From contig JAZQZR010000015.1 of assembly GCA_045634185.1 (NCBI GenBank), positions 5,940 to 69,939 on the forward strand: a stretch of 64,000 nt of DNA. The letters run 5' to 3'. Shown one piece after another: positions 45,299 through 56,358 of the stretch. Made by a program: the position numbers and the translations under genes. Under the pieces are notes generated by a model that made no database searches, was not told the DNA's origin, and saw only the letters and a list, made by a program, of their open reading frames with translations. Within the stretch, counting starts at the first letter, position 1; each line of letters starts with the position of its first letter. The stretch is from Bacteroidales bacterium (lineage in GTDB: Bacteria; Bacteroidota; Bacteroidia; Bacteroidales; F082).

Positions 45299-47086
45299 AT
45301 GATTATGAGAAAACTTGTAAGTAGAGAGGATGTCGTTAAAGTTATTGGAAAAGATAATTTCCTTACTAGAGGCGTCGCATCTATGGCGATGGGCATCCTG
45401 GGTTTGAATAAGATAAACAGATTGTATTCGCCTTCTGCAGATTTATACGGCCAGCCGTTTACAGAACATATGTTAAATATGTATGGAACGACTTACGACA
45501 ACAATGTTGCTGAACTCAACGCAATACCTAAAGAAGGCCCTTTCATTGTGGTCGCAAATCATCCTTTTGGTGGAATAGAAGGCGTTATTCTCTTTGATAT
45601 TATAGCTAAGGTTCGTCCCGACTTCAAGTTGATGGCTAATTTCATCTTGTCGCATGTCCCTAATCTTAAGGATGTCGTCATACCTGTCAATCCATTCTCA
45701 GATAATCCGGAATGGGGCAGCAGCGTGGCAGGAATAAAACATGCAATGCAGTATCTTTCGGAAGGCCACGGACTCGGTGTCTTCCCAGCTGGTGAGGTGT
45801 CACGTTACAATGGCAACGATTTCCCTGAAGATATAGAATGGTCTGTGACAATAGCCAAGCTGGCCAAGAAAACAGGAGCGCCTGTAATACCGCTATATAT
45901 CGATGGAAGAAACTCAAAGAGATTCTACCGTATGGCAAAAATGCATCCTATGTTGGGAACTGCAATGTTGCCTCACGAACTCGTCAACAAATGCAACAAG
46001 CATATCGTCATGAAGATGGGAAAACCTATAGTGCCTTCCGAATTGACACCTTATGACGACCCTAAGAAACTAGCAGCCTATCTGCGCGCTCGTACTTACG
46101 CCCTAGAGGCTAATATAAATAATGAAGAGGCTAAGACATCGTCTTCCAAATTGGAACAGCTTCCTCCTCCGCTGAAGTCAGAGACGCTGCTCAACGAACT
46201 GAACAAGATACGCGAGAAATCATATCTCTTCACTTGCGCTCAGTATGAGTGCTTCTTTGCAGAATATAACGACATCCCGAATCTTATGTATGAACTCGGA
46301 CGTCGCCGCGAAGAGGCTTTCCGCGCCATAGGTGAGGGTAGCGGAAAACAACTGGATACCGACAATTACGACACATATTATCGCCATCTCATCCTTTGGG
46401 ATAAAGAAGAGAATCGTCTTGTAGGCGGCTACCGCCTAGGAATAGGAAAAGAAATAGTCGAACAAAAAGGCATCGATGGCTTTTATATCAGCTCATTGTT
46501 CAAATTGAAAGATTCTTTCAAGGATGTATTGAAAAAATCTATAGAGCTTGGACGTTCTTTCGTTACGGTCGATTATCAAAAAGACATTCTTCCTCTCATG
46601 CTTCTCTTGAAAGGCCTTATGATTGTTGCATACAATTATAAAGATGTAGAGTGCTTTATCGGACCTGTAAGTATAAGCAACTGGTACCCTAAGTTCTACA
46701 AGAGTATGATGGTCAAATATATCTCAAGTGAATTTTCTTGTGATGAACTTAAGGATATGGTCGAGGCCCGCACTCCTTTCAAGGTCGATTTCTTGAGAGC
46801 CGACGCCGATATCTTGCTCGAAAACAATATGTCTTCCGTCGAGAAGTTCGACCGTTATATGATGAAGCTTAGCAATGGCGACTACCGTCTCCCGACTCTG
46901 TTCAAGAAATATCTTAAGATGCAGTCGAAGTTCTTGTGCTTCAATATCGACCCTGATTTCCACGACGCTCTCGACGGCCTTCTTCTCCTCGAATTTAAAA
47001 ACATCCCTGAGTCGGAATTGCTCATGCTCATGAAAGACAGCAGCGATGAAGAAAGAGAAATGCTTATAAAGAGATTTTTGAAATAA
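45299..47086 (+). CDS. fused lysophospholipid (PlsC-like) O-acyltransferase / GNAT-like N-acyltransferase (OlsF-like aminolipid synthase)
   Basis: The N-terminal half has the NHPFGGIEG and FPAGE acyltransferase motifs. The C-terminal half has the OlsB/hemolysin-like ELGRSFV motif. Confidence 0.75.
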   Translation: MIMRKLVSREDVVKVIGKDNFLTRGVASMAMGILGLNKINRLYSPSADLYGQPFTEHMLNMYGTTYDNNVAELNAIPKEGPFIVVANHPFGGIEGVILFDIIAKVRPDFKLMANFILSHVPNLKDVVIPVNPFSDNPEWGSSVAGIKHAMQYLSEGHGLGVFPAGEVSRYNGNDFPEDIEWSVTIAKLAKKTGAPVIPLYIDGRNSKRFYRMAKMHPMLGTAMLPHELVNKCNKHIVMKMGKPIVPSELTPYDDPKKLAAYLRARTYALEANINNEEAKTSSSKLEQLPPPLKSETLLNELNKIREKSYLFTCAQYECFFAEYNDIPNLMYELGRRREEAFRAIGEGSGKQLDTDNYDTYYRHLILWDKEENRLVGGYRLGIGKEIVEQKGIDGFYISSLFKLKDSFKDVLKKSIELGRSFVTVDYQKDILPLMLLLKGLMIVAYNYKDVECFIGPVSISNWYPKFYKSMMVKYISSEFSCDELKDMVEARTPFKVDFLRADADILLENNMSSVEKFDRYMMKLSNGDYRLPTLFKKYLKMQSKFLCFNIDPDFHDALDGLLLLEFKNIPESELLMLMKDSSDEEREMLIKRFLK

Positions 47087-47144
47087 TTAGGAATTAGGTT
47101 TTTATTGCCATGTTATTTCTAAAGTCCTAAAATTATAAAGTTCT

Positions 47145-47169
47145 AAAAAAGCGCTTAGCGCTTTTTTTT
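47145..47169 (+). terminator. intrinsic terminator
   Basis: AAAAAAGCGC-TTA-GCGCTTTTTTTT. Confidence 0.75.
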
Positions 47170-47239
47170 ATGCAGCATTTTGGGTTTTTTGTACGTTGTT
47201 TTATCAAAATGAAATAATAATTGTTATTTTTGATGTTGA

Positions 47240-47247
47240 TATTTTTG
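47240..47247 (+). promoter_or_regulatory. -7 box TATTTTTG for pspC
   Basis: Perfect TAnnTTTG 32 nt upstream of the ATG at 47279. A second match lies at 47225-47232. Confidence 0.55.
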
Positions 47248-47278
47248 AGTTTGAAAAACAGTAAATTTTATTGATATT

Positions 47279-47725
47279 ATGAATGGAAATAAAAAACTAG
47301 AACGTAATCCGATGAACAAAGTCCTGGGCGGCGTTTGTTCCGGATTGGCTGATTATTTTAATCTTGATGTAGCTCTCGTAAGAGTGCTTTTTGTAATAGC
47401 TCTTTTATTCGCCAGTTTTGGATTCTGGCTATACATTATTTTGTGGATGGTGCTTCCGGAAAATAATGTCAGCTTTGACTTTGAACAGCAGCCGTCAGGC
47501 GAGACTAAACAGGCAGCAAGTGACATACAACAGCCTGATGATGACGACAAGAAAAAACTTACTGCCATAGTGTCGGGTGTTATAGTGATTCTTATTGGCT
47601 TGATTTTCTTGATAAATAATTTCATACCAATTGCTTGGGTATGGAAACTCTGGCCTTTGATTCTTGTTGCAATAGGTGCTGTTATGATTTATAAAGCTGT
47701 CAAGAAAGGGGGCGACAATGAATAA
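47279..47725 (+). CDS. PspC domain membrane protein
   Basis: 148 aa. The sequence NKVLGGVCSGLADYFNLDVALVRVLFV is a PspC domain. Confidence 0.85.
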   Translation: MNGNKKLERNPMNKVLGGVCSGLADYFNLDVALVRVLFVIALLFASFGFWLYIILWMVLPENNVSFDFEQQPSGETKQAASDIQQPDDDDKKKLTAIVSGVIVILIGLIFLINNFIPIAWVWKLWPLILVAIGAVMIYKAVKKGGDNE

Positions 47726-48641
47726 GGAAGACAACAAAGACAATGGCCTCATCGGTGGCATCATTCTTATTACAATAGGAATAATAGCGTTGATGGTCAC
47801 ATTCTTCGATTTGGAAATAGTATGGTCTGAACTCGCTAAATTCTGGCCTGTATTCCTGATAATTTTCGGCATCTCCATTCTTCCTTTAAATAAATTGTTT
47901 AAATCTGTTTCAGTCATATTATTGATATTGTTGTCATGCATTTTGTATTCTAATAATGTCAAGGATAATGTTGAAACACAGACTTCTTTCAATTATGAAT
48001 TGATAGAGGATGATGTGAATGTGCAGGAGTTTTCTGAGCCTTATAATCCGGGCATCAAGACGGCAGATGTTGAAATGAATTATGGCGCCGGAAATGTATT
48101 CTTGTCATCTCCAGTTGATTACTTGGTTAAAGCTACTAATGCGAGCAATTATATCGTCCAGGATTTCTCTGTTAAATATGAAAAAAACAATGCCGAAATA
48201 GACTTTGAAGGAGGAAATAATGTCAATATTAATGGCAAGGATTTCAAATCCAATAATTTCAATATTGCATTGAATGAAAGCCCAATATATGATTTTGAGA
48301 TAAATCTCGGCGCTTGTAATGCGAACCTGGATTTTTCAGAATATAAGGTGTCGGAAATCAACGTGAACGGCGGAGCATGTGACATCAATATCAAGCTAGG
48401 AGATTTGTATGGCACTACTGATGTCGATTTAGAGACAGGCGTTTCTGATATAAAGATAGGAATACCATCTTCATCAGGATGCCGCATAGAATGTGAGACA
48501 GTGTTGAGCAACAAAGATTTCCCGGGATTCGATAAAAAATCAGGCAAGGTTTACGAAACAACAAACTATCTTTCGGCCAGCAGACATATCAACATAAAAC
48601 TAGAAGGAGCAATCTCGGATTTTGAGATTTACCAGTATTAA
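47718..48641 (+). CDS. LiaF-like/toastrack-type membrane protein
   Basis: 307 aa with N-terminal TM helices and a beta-rich C-terminal domain. It overlaps the PspC gene by 8 nt. Confidence 0.6.
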   Translation: MNKEDNKDNGLIGGIILITIGIIALMVTFFDLEIVWSELAKFWPVFLIIFGISILPLNKLFKSVSVILLILLSCILYSNNVKDNVETQTSFNYELIEDDVNVQEFSEPYNPGIKTADVEMNYGAGNVFLSSPVDYLVKATNASNYIVQDFSVKYEKNNAEIDFEGGNNVNINGKDFKSNNFNIALNESPIYDFEINLGACNANLDFSEYKVSEINVNGGACDINIKLGDLYGTTDVDLETGVSDIKIGIPSSSGCRIECETVLSNKDFPGFDKKSGKVYETTNYLSASRHINIKLEGAISDFEIYQY

Positions 48642-48745
48642 TTAGAGTCGAGTTATCTTAATTTTTTTTGAACAATTTAAAAACCTATTTGTTAAAAATA
48701 CACTCTACACTATAAACTCTACACTCTGCAAAAAACTTTTTTAAA

Positions 48746-49645
48746 ATGGAATACAAAGATTACTACAAAATATTAGGAGTGGAGCGTTCTGCTTCGCAGG
48801 ATGACATCAAGAAGGCTTATCGTAAGCTGGCGGTGAAATATCATCCCGACAAAAATCCTGACGATAATGTAGCTGAAGAAAAATTCAAGGAGATTTCAGA
48901 GGCCTATCAGGTTATAGGCAACCCAGACTCTCGCAAGAAGTATGATGAACTCGGCGCTAACTGGAAACAGTATGAGAACGCAGGCTTCGGCGGTGGTGCG
49001 CATGGCTTCAACGCGAGCGGCTTCTCCGACTTCTTCGATATGTTCTTCGGTGGACAAGGCGGCGGTGCAGGTTTTGATTTCAGTAACTTCATGGGCGGAA
49101 TGGGCGGCGGCCGTCGTTCCACACGTCCTGCTAAAGGCAGCGATATCAATGCAACGATAAATCTTACCTTATTGGAAGCGTATCAGGGTTCGCAGCGTCT
49201 CATCGACGTGGGCGGCAGCTCGATTAAAATAACAATAAAAGAAGGCGTACGCGACGGACAGATACTTCGTCTCAAAGGAAAAGGAAACCCTGGAAGAAAC
49301 GGAGGCGAAAACGGCGACCTTCTCATAAAAGTCGTCATTATGAACGACCCTGTCTATCAACGCGACGGCGACGACCTCATAAGAAATGTCAACATTGACG
49401 TTTATACCGCGATACTCGGTGGCAAGATAACTATCACCACACTCAAAGGTGATGTCAATGTGCCGATAAAAGCACAGACACAGAATAACAGCACTTTGCG
49501 ACTCAAAGGCCTGGGAATGCCGCATTACGGAAAAGAAGGCGCAGGAGCATTGCTGCTTAAAGTGCAGATACTGCTGCCTGAACACTTCTCGGCAAAAGAA
49601 CTGGAACTTATAAAGGAAGCATACGAGAAATCAATAAATCAATAA
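48746..49645 (+). CDS. cbpA: J-domain co-chaperone (CbpA-like; no zinc finger)
   Basis: 299 aa with a J domain (HPD motif), a G/F-rich linker and a DnaJ C-terminal domain. Confidence 0.85.
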   Translation: MEYKDYYKILGVERSASQDDIKKAYRKLAVKYHPDKNPDDNVAEEKFKEISEAYQVIGNPDSRKKYDELGANWKQYENAGFGGGAHGFNASGFSDFFDMFFGGQGGGAGFDFSNFMGGMGGGRRSTRPAKGSDINATINLTLLEAYQGSQRLIDVGGSSIKITIKEGVRDGQILRLKGKGNPGRNGGENGDLLIKVVIMNDPVYQRDGDDLIRNVNIDVYTAILGGKITITTLKGDVNVPIKAQTQNNSTLRLKGLGMPHYGKEGAGALLLKVQILLPEHFSAKELELIKEAYEKSINQ

Positions 49646-49664
49646 ATTATAACTTAATAAGTGA

Positions 49665-49698
49665 TTAGCTTTGGGCTTGTCTCAGAGCTAATTTTTTT
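49665..49698 (+). terminator. intrinsic terminator
   Basis: Stem TTAGCTTTG/CAGAGCTAA followed by T8. Confidence 0.65.
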
Positions 49699-49817
49699 TA
49701 ACTATTTTGTTGAAAAAAATCATTCTTTTTCTGACTTTTTTTTCGTTAATTTGCATTTAATTGTAAAATGCCTAAATGGGCATATTTTATTGTTGAATTT
49801 ATTGAGAGATAATTGGA

Positions 49818-52154
49818 ATGCAAACGAGATTTAGTCTTACTACTTTTATAATAACTTTAATAATTCTTTTCTCAAATGTAGAGCTTTTTGCGCAAAACGA
49901 CAACAATGTAAAAGGTTTTGTCTATGAGAAAGCATCAGGCGAACCGATGATGTTCTGTAATGTCTATTTCAAAGGAACTACAATAGGCGCATCAACAGAT
50001 ATCAACGGTTTTTTTAACATCACCAGAATACCTGACGGCGATTATACAATTCTCGTCACCAACCTCGGTTACGATACCATCGCGGAAAATATTTCTCTCA
50101 AAGGCAATCAGGTCGTAAATAAAAAATATTATCTGGATGAGTCATCTGTCGTCCTTCAGGCTGTTAGCATCACTGCTGATAAGATAGAAGCGCAGACCGA
50201 GACCAAGACTTCTGTCGTAAACATCACACCAAAGACCATCACCAAGATTCCTTCTATGGGCGGACAGGCCGACTTGGCACAGTATCTCCAGGTGCTTCCA
50301 GGTGTGGTCTTCACCGGTGACCAAGGCGGACAGCTATATATCAGAGGTGGCTCTCCAATACAAAACAAGGTGCTCCTCGACGGAATGGTCATCTATAATC
50401 CTTTCCACTCCATCGGTCTCTTCTCCGTCTTCGATACCGATATCATCAGAAATGCTGAGATTTATACTGGCGGTTTCGGCGCTGAATATGGCGGACGTAT
50501 CTCTTCAGTGATGGACATCACCACTCGCGACGGTAACAAAAAACGTATAGCTGGTAAAGTGGGTGCAAGTACTTTCGGCGCAAAACTCACTCTCGAAGGT
50601 CCTCTGAAAAAAGCTAAGAATCCTGATGATATGACTGCCTCTTTCATATTCTCAATGAAAAACTCATATCTCGAAAAAACAAGCCAGACATTATATAAAG
50701 GTATTCTTAAAGGCGAGACTTTGCCTTATAACTATAATGACATATATGGTAAGGTGTCTCTTAATTCAACAAACGGAAGTAAGATTAACTTCTTCGGTTT
50801 CAACTTCAATGATGATGTAAATAATTATAAGTCAATATCCAAATTCGGTTGGGATTCTTATGGCGGCGGAACCAACTTCGTTGTCATTCCTGGAAAATCA
50901 CCTGTCCTTATCGAAGGTAACATCGCTTTCTCTGAATATAAAGCCGTTTTGGAAGAACAAAACAATCCTAACAGAGAGAGTTCTATAAATGGATTCAATG
51001 CTGGTTTTGCCTTCACATATTTCCTCGGCAAAAACACATTGAAATATGGTATCGAGATGCTCGGATTTAAGACTGTTTTCGATTATACCAAAGCAAACGG
51101 AATTAATATCAGCCAGGTCGAAAATACAACAGAATTAGGTGCCTACCTTAAGTATAAGGCTCAATTCAACAATCTTATCTTCGAACCTAGCTTGAGAGTT
51201 CAGGCTTACGCTTCCATATCAGAAGTATCGCCAGAACCTCGTCTCGCTTTGAAATACAATGTGACAGAATGGTTCCGTCTCAAAGCTGCTGGCGGCTTCT
51301 ACTCTCAAAACCTCATTGCAGCCAACAGCGACCGCGACGTCGTGAACCTTTTCTACGGATTCTTGTCGGGCCAGACTAATGTGCCTACATATTTCAATGG
51401 AGAAAAAGTGACGACAAAACTTCAGAAGGCTGTTCATTATATCTTTGGAACTGAGTTCGACGTGTTTAGTAATACAACACTTAATGTTGAAGGATATTAT
51501 AAGGACTTCCAACAGTTGACAAGCATGAACAGAAACCAGATATATAGCGAAAATGACGCTCCTCCTGGAACTCCACAGATAGAGAAGAAAGACTTTATGA
51601 TTGAGACAGGCGATGCTTATGGCGTTGACTTCTCCTTGAAATATGAAGATAAAAGATGGTATTTGTGGGCTGCTTATTCTTTGGCTTATGTTAATAAAGA
51701 TTATGAAAACGCTGAAGGCGAGTTGGTCACATATCGTACTCACTATGACCGCCGTCATAATGTGAATCTCATCGCGACATATACTGCAGGAAGCAAGAAC
51801 CAATGGGAACTCAGCGCCAGATGGAACTTCGGAACAGGATTCCCATTTACTAAGGTAAGCGGATTCTACGAAGAACTTCCTTACGACAATATCTATTTCG
51901 ACCCTTATACAGAAAGCGGTAACGTCGGTATCATCTACGGCGATCTTAACACCGGTCAGCTGCCAACTTATCACCGCCTCGACTTCGACGTTAAGCGTAA
52001 ATTCTATTTCTCAGAATCAGTCATACTCGAAGCAGATTTCAGCATCACTAACGTCTATAATAGAAAAAATATATTCTATATCGACATCATAACTGCTGAC
52101 TTGATTTACCAATTGCCGTTGATGCCAAGTCTCGGCTTAACATTGTCATTCTAA
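49818..52154 (+). CDS. TonB-dependent receptor with a carboxypeptidase-regulatory-like N-terminal domain
   Basis: 778 aa with a signal peptide, a CarbopepD_reg-like region (VKGFVYEK..G), a plug, and a beta-barrel ending in F. Confidence 0.85.
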   Translation: MQTRFSLTTFIITLIILFSNVELFAQNDNNVKGFVYEKASGEPMMFCNVYFKGTTIGASTDINGFFNITRIPDGDYTILVTNLGYDTIAENISLKGNQVVNKKYYLDESSVVLQAVSITADKIEAQTETKTSVVNITPKTITKIPSMGGQADLAQYLQVLPGVVFTGDQGGQLYIRGGSPIQNKVLLDGMVIYNPFHSIGLFSVFDTDIIRNAEIYTGGFGAEYGGRISSVMDITTRDGNKKRIAGKVGASTFGAKLTLEGPLKKAKNPDDMTASFIFSMKNSYLEKTSQTLYKGILKGETLPYNYNDIYGKVSLNSTNGSKINFFGFNFNDDVNNYKSISKFGWDSYGGGTNFVVIPGKSPVLIEGNIAFSEYKAVLEEQNNPNRESSINGFNAGFAFTYFLGKNTLKYGIEMLGFKTVFDYTKANGINISQVENTTELGAYLKYKAQFNNLIFEPSLRVQAYASISEVSPEPRLALKYNVTEWFRLKAAGGFYSQNLIAANSDRDVVNLFYGFLSGQTNVPTYFNGEKVTTKLQKAVHYIFGTEFDVFSNTTLNVEGYYKDFQQLTSMNRNQIYSENDAPPGTPQIEKKDFMIETGDAYGVDFSLKYEDKRWYLWAAYSLAYVNKDYENAEGELVTYRTHYDRRHNVNLIATYTAGSKNQWELSARWNFGTGFPFTKVSGFYEELPYDNIYFDPYTESGNVGIIYGDLNTGQLPTYHRLDFDVKRKFYFSESVILEADFSITNVYNRKNIFYIDIITADLIYQLPLMPSLGLTLSF

Positions 52155-52159
52155 AAAAT

Positions 52160-54187
52160 ATGGAAAAACCTATAGCAAAGAAATCTCCTCGTGAACTCGT
52201 GAATCACGGGGAGATTCGTGTTGATAACTACTACTGGCTTAATGAACGCGAAAACCCTGAAGTGATTGAATATCTCGAACAGGAGAATCTCTATCAGGAG
52301 ACGATGATGAAAGATACTGAAGAACTTCAGAATAAAATTTATGATGAGATAGTGGGACGCATCAAACAGGACGACGTCTCTTATCCTATCAAAAGAAACG
52401 GCTACTATTACTATTCTCGCTACGAGGAAGGTCAGGAATATCCTGTCTATTGCCGTCGCAAGGACAATATGGATAACCCGGAAGAGATTCTCCTCGATGG
52501 CAACAAAATGGCTGAAGGTCATCATTACTTCGATATTGGTGCGTATAGCATAAGTCCCGACAATAAGCTTATAGCTTACAGCGTCGATATGGTCAGCCGT
52601 CGTCAGTATCATATCTTCATTAAAGAGATAGCGACAGGTAAGATGTTTGCCGAAGATATCGAAAACACTACCGGAAATATGGTGTGGGCTAACGATAATA
52701 GCACTCTCTTCTATAGCATGAAAGATGAGTCGTTGCGTTCATGCAAGATTATGCGCCATAAACTCGGCGATAGCCCTTCTAATGATGAACTCGTCTATTT
52801 TGAAGAAGACACAGCTTTCAGCTGTTATGTCTCTAAGACAAAGTCGAGACGTTATATCATGATAATATCCGACAGCACTATGTCGTCGGAAGTGCGTTAT
52901 GTCGATGCCGACAATCCTTATGATGAGTTTAAGGTATTCCAGAAACGTGAATATGACCATCTTTATGGCATCGGTCATTATGGAGATCATTTTTATATTC
53001 TGACTAATGTTGATGGCGCAAAGAACTTCAAGATTATGAAGACTCCTATCGACAAGACAGAGAAGGAAAACTGGACCGAACTGCTCGCACACCGCGACGA
53101 TGTCTTGATTGAAGACTTCGACTTGTTCGCTGATTTTCTTGTCATAGAAGAACGTAAGGAAGGTCTCATTAAATTGAGAATCAGGACATGGGACGGCGCT
53201 ACCGATTATTATATCGATTTCGGTGAGCCTACCTATACCGCATATTCTTCTGCTAACCCTGATTTTGATTCGCATCTCTTGAGATATGGATACAACTCCA
53301 TGACGACACCTGCTTCTCTTTATGAATATGATATGATAAAAAGAGAGTCGGTCTTGCTGAAACGTCAGGAAATCATAGGCGGCTACGACCCCAACGATTA
53401 CGTCACTGAACGTCATTATGCGCCTTCGCATGATGGTGTCTTGGTTCCTATTTCTTTGGTATATAAAAAAGGTATGAAGAAAGACGGAACGAACCCTTTG
53501 GTGCTTTATGGCTATGGCTCGTATGGCAGCAGCATGGACGCTTATTTCTCAACAGCACGTCTGTCGCTCTTAGGCAGAGGCTTCGTGTGGGCTGTCGCTC
53601 ATATCAGAGGCGGCGAGGAGATGGGTCGCCAGTGGTACGAAGACGGCAAACTCTTGAAGAAGAAAAATACCTTCCTCGATTTCATCTACTGCGGAAAATA
53701 TCTCGTCAACGAAGGCTTCACCAATAACGACAAGATGTTCGCTATGGGCGGAAGCGCCGGAGGCCTGCTCGTAGGTGCGGTCGCTAATATGGCGCCGGAG
53801 ATGTGGAAAGGCATAGTGGCTCAGGTGCCTTTCGTCGATGTCGTTACTACAATGCTCGACGATACTATACCTTTGACAACAGGCGAATACGACGAATGGG
53901 GCAACCCTAACGAAAAAGAATATTACGACTATATGATGTCTTATTCTCCATACGATAACGTGGAACGCAAAGACTATCCAGCGATGCTGGTGACGACAGG
54001 ATTGCACGACAGTCAGGTGCAATATTGGGAACCAGCTAAATGGGTCGCTAAATTGAGAGAAATGAAGACCGACGACAATCCGTTGTATCTCAAGACTAAT
54101 ATGGACTTCGGTCACGGCGGTGCTTCAGGACGCTTCGAAGGAATAAAGGAGATAGCCCTGGAATATGCTTTTATTCTGAGTTTGTAA
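52160..54187 (+). CDS. ptrB: oligopeptidase B (S9A prolyl oligopeptidase family)
   Basis: 675 aa with the catalytic GGSAGGLL motif and a C-terminal D...H triad context. Confidence 0.9.
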   Translation: MEKPIAKKSPRELVNHGEIRVDNYYWLNERENPEVIEYLEQENLYQETMMKDTEELQNKIYDEIVGRIKQDDVSYPIKRNGYYYYSRYEEGQEYPVYCRRKDNMDNPEEILLDGNKMAEGHHYFDIGAYSISPDNKLIAYSVDMVSRRQYHIFIKEIATGKMFAEDIENTTGNMVWANDNSTLFYSMKDESLRSCKIMRHKLGDSPSNDELVYFEEDTAFSCYVSKTKSRRYIMIISDSTMSSEVRYVDADNPYDEFKVFQKREYDHLYGIGHYGDHFYILTNVDGAKNFKIMKTPIDKTEKENWTELLAHRDDVLIEDFDLFADFLVIEERKEGLIKLRIRTWDGATDYYIDFGEPTYTAYSSANPDFDSHLLRYGYNSMTTPASLYEYDMIKRESVLLKRQEIIGGYDPNDYVTERHYAPSHDGVLVPISLVYKKGMKKDGTNPLVLYGYGSYGSSMDAYFSTARLSLLGRGFVWAVAHIRGGEEMGRQWYEDGKLLKKKNTFLDFIYCGKYLVNEGFTNNDKMFAMGGSAGGLLVGAVANMAPEMWKGIVAQVPFVDVVTTMLDDTIPLTTGEYDEWGNPNEKEYYDYMMSYSPYDNVERKDYPAMLVTTGLHDSQVQYWEPAKWVAKLREMKTDDNPLYLKTNMDFGHGGASGRFEGIKEIALEYAFILSL

Positions 54188-54202
54188 GATTCAAGATAAA
54201 TG

Positions 54203-54245
54203 AAAAAGACGTGCCAATGAAATTTTATTGACACGTCTTTTTTTA
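54203..54245. terminator. bidirectional intrinsic terminator
   Basis: AAAAGACGTG-loop-CACGTCTTTTTTT between convergent genes. Confidence 0.75.
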
Positions 54246-54268
54246 TGGTATTTTGATTTTATGAATCT

Positions 54269-56299
54269 TTATTCAATCATGAGTTTCTTTGTGATATTGC
54301 CTTCTGCACTTTCGATGTTGATGAAGTAAACACCGCTCTTATATCCTGAAACATTGATTTCTACGTCGTTGGCATTGACTTCAATTTCTTCGATTATCAT
54401 TCCTAAGCAGTTGTAAATTTTAACAACTGATAACTGACCGCTGACCGCCGACAGCTTGACAAAGTCATTCGCTGGATTAGGATATATGCTGAACTCATTG
54501 ACTTCGTTTTCATCGATGTCGATAACAAAGTCGATAAAATCAATGATGCCTATTGATGACTTGTCGCCATATTTTGCAACAACTTCCACAGTCTTCATTC
54601 CTGATTCATCGAAGATGATGTCGTGCGACAAGGCGGTTGTGTTTTCTTCAACCAATATGTTGTTGATGTAGATGTCGTATCCTGAAGGATTACCATTCTG
54701 AGGTGCTTCCCATGAGGCCTTGAGTTTGTTGACGCCATCATATTCAAATTGAAGGTTTTCGATAGGATAGACGTGCTCGCTATATTCGTAAGCGAAGCGG
54801 CTGTTGAAGACTTTTTTGCTTTCCTTGTCTTGAATCCATAACGCTACTTCTAGGTCGTTGATATCTTCGACGTCGGTCTGCGACATATCGTAAGAGAATT
54901 CGAAACGTTGGTATTCGCCAGCATTGATGTTAAGGTCGTTGCCTTCTGCGTTGTCGAACATCTTCATCATAATATGGTGGAATTCTGTCTCGCCGTTGCT
55001 GCCGGTATTTTCTGTCGTTGTCTTTTCATTGACAGAGATGAATGCGCTTAAATTTTGCAAGTCGATATATGACATGAAGTCGGCAATGATATTGATTGTG
55101 TTGCCGTCTGTTGTGAATGAGCCTCTGATATCTGCGATAGAAGGTGCGTTGATAGCAGCGTCGATGTCTTCTTGTGTTACTATGCCGCTGATGGTTGTGA
55201 ATCCGTCAACGAAAATGGTAGGGACGGCGCTGACGTTATAGAATGACTTTTTGGTATCGCCATCGTTGTTGAAATAAGGGTCGCCTATTGCAGGCCAGTT
55301 CATGGCGTATTTGACGTAAGTGTATTTGTTTGGGTTGGCTTCTGTCAGAGCATGCATTGTGGCGTTCACCTCGACGCAAGGTCCGCAGGTCGAGCTGGAG
55401 AAATGCTCTATCATAGGAATCTTTGGTGCGAGACCTGCTGCAGCGACTATCTCTTTGTTCAAGATGTTGTTGGTGCTGTTCTCGTCGGCGTTGCCGTTTG
55501 CTGTGTTAATCTCGATGCTGAGTTCGTAGTTGCCCAATGGCAGCGGCTGTTTTGTCTCGAAGGAGAAGCTTTCGCTTTCCATAGGTCCCAAATCGGTTGT
55601 GAATGATTCTGTGACAGTCTCACCGTTGATGGTATATGTAGCTTCAAAAGATTCAATGACGACTTCGCCCATATTCTGTATTGTGAAACTTATTTCGTTC
55701 TCGCCGTAAAGCACGTAATCGTGGTTGTTGATATTGGTGAGGCTGATGTCAACTTGGTTTTGACTGTTGATGTAAAAATCGTCGAAGAACCAGAAGTTGA
55801 TGTTGTATGAGTTGCCTTCGAAGAAGATGCAAATTTTGACATTGTCTTTTCCGAGGTCTGGACTTTCGAAGATTTCTAACACTTCGTAAGTGCCGTCTGT
55901 GTCGTAATGTTTGCTCCATGCGGTGTTCCATGTGTTGCCGTTGTCGCTGGATGTTGCGACACCGATGGTTCCGCCTTCGGTAGAGCCATCATAGATATCG
56001 ACATTATGTTTCAATGACAATGTAGCAGAAGTGATGCCAGAGAAATTGACGGAAGAGTAAATCGCTCTGGTGATGCCTTCGTATGGTGGTGTCCATCCGA
56101 ACTGCAGTTCGTTTGGCGTTCCGCCAGCTATGGCGCTTTTGGCTATCATCCAGTTGGATGCACCGTTGTCAATTAAAGACCAGCCTGCTGGCAACTCGTT
56201 GGAATCGAATGTCTCCTGAAAAACAATGCCGGAACCTTGACCGAATAAATTAAAAGCTGTGAATAATGCAATAAATGTAAAAAGTAAGGATTTTCTCAT
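54269..56299 (-). CDS. T9SS-sorted surface protein with a thioredoxin-like/Omp28-related central domain
   Basis: 676 aa with a signal peptide, a choice-of-anchor-J-like N-terminus, a HFSSSTCGPCV motif and a C-terminal YPNPANDFV...GVYFINI sorting domain. Confidence 0.85.
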   Translation of the reverse strand: MRKSLLFTFIALFTAFNLFGQGSGIVFQETFDSNELPAGWSLIDNGASNWMIAKSAIAGGTPNELQFGWTPPYEGITRAIYSSVNFSGITSATLSLKHNVDIYDGSTEGGTIGVATSSDNGNTWNTAWSKHYDTDGTYEVLEIFESPDLGKDNVKICIFFEGNSYNINFWFFDDFYINSQNQVDISLTNINNHDYVLYGENEISFTIQNMGEVVIESFEATYTINGETVTESFTTDLGPMESESFSFETKQPLPLGNYELSIEINTANGNADENSTNNILNKEIVAAAGLAPKIPMIEHFSSSTCGPCVEVNATMHALTEANPNKYTYVKYAMNWPAIGDPYFNNDGDTKKSFYNVSAVPTIFVDGFTTISGIVTQEDIDAAINAPSIADIRGSFTTDGNTINIIADFMSYIDLQNLSAFISVNEKTTTENTGSNGETEFHHIMMKMFDNAEGNDLNINAGEYQRFEFSYDMSQTDVEDINDLEVALWIQDKESKKVFNSRFAYEYSEHVYPIENLQFEYDGVNKLKASWEAPQNGNPSGYDIYINNILVEENTTALSHDIIFDESGMKTVEVVAKYGDKSSIGIIDFIDFVIDIDENEVNEFSIYPNPANDFVKLSAVSGQLSVVKIYNCLGMIIEEIEVNANDVEINVSGYKSGVYFINIESAEGNITKKLMIE

Positions 56300-56325
56300 A
56301 AGTGTAGATTTAATTTATCAACGTA

Positions 56326-56333
56326 CAAAAATA
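56326..56333 (-). promoter_or_regulatory. -7 box TATTTTTG
   Basis: The reverse complement of CAAAAATA lies 27 nt upstream of the ATG at 56299. Confidence 0.6.
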
Positions 56334-56358
56334 AGAAAAATCCTCACTATATGAACTG

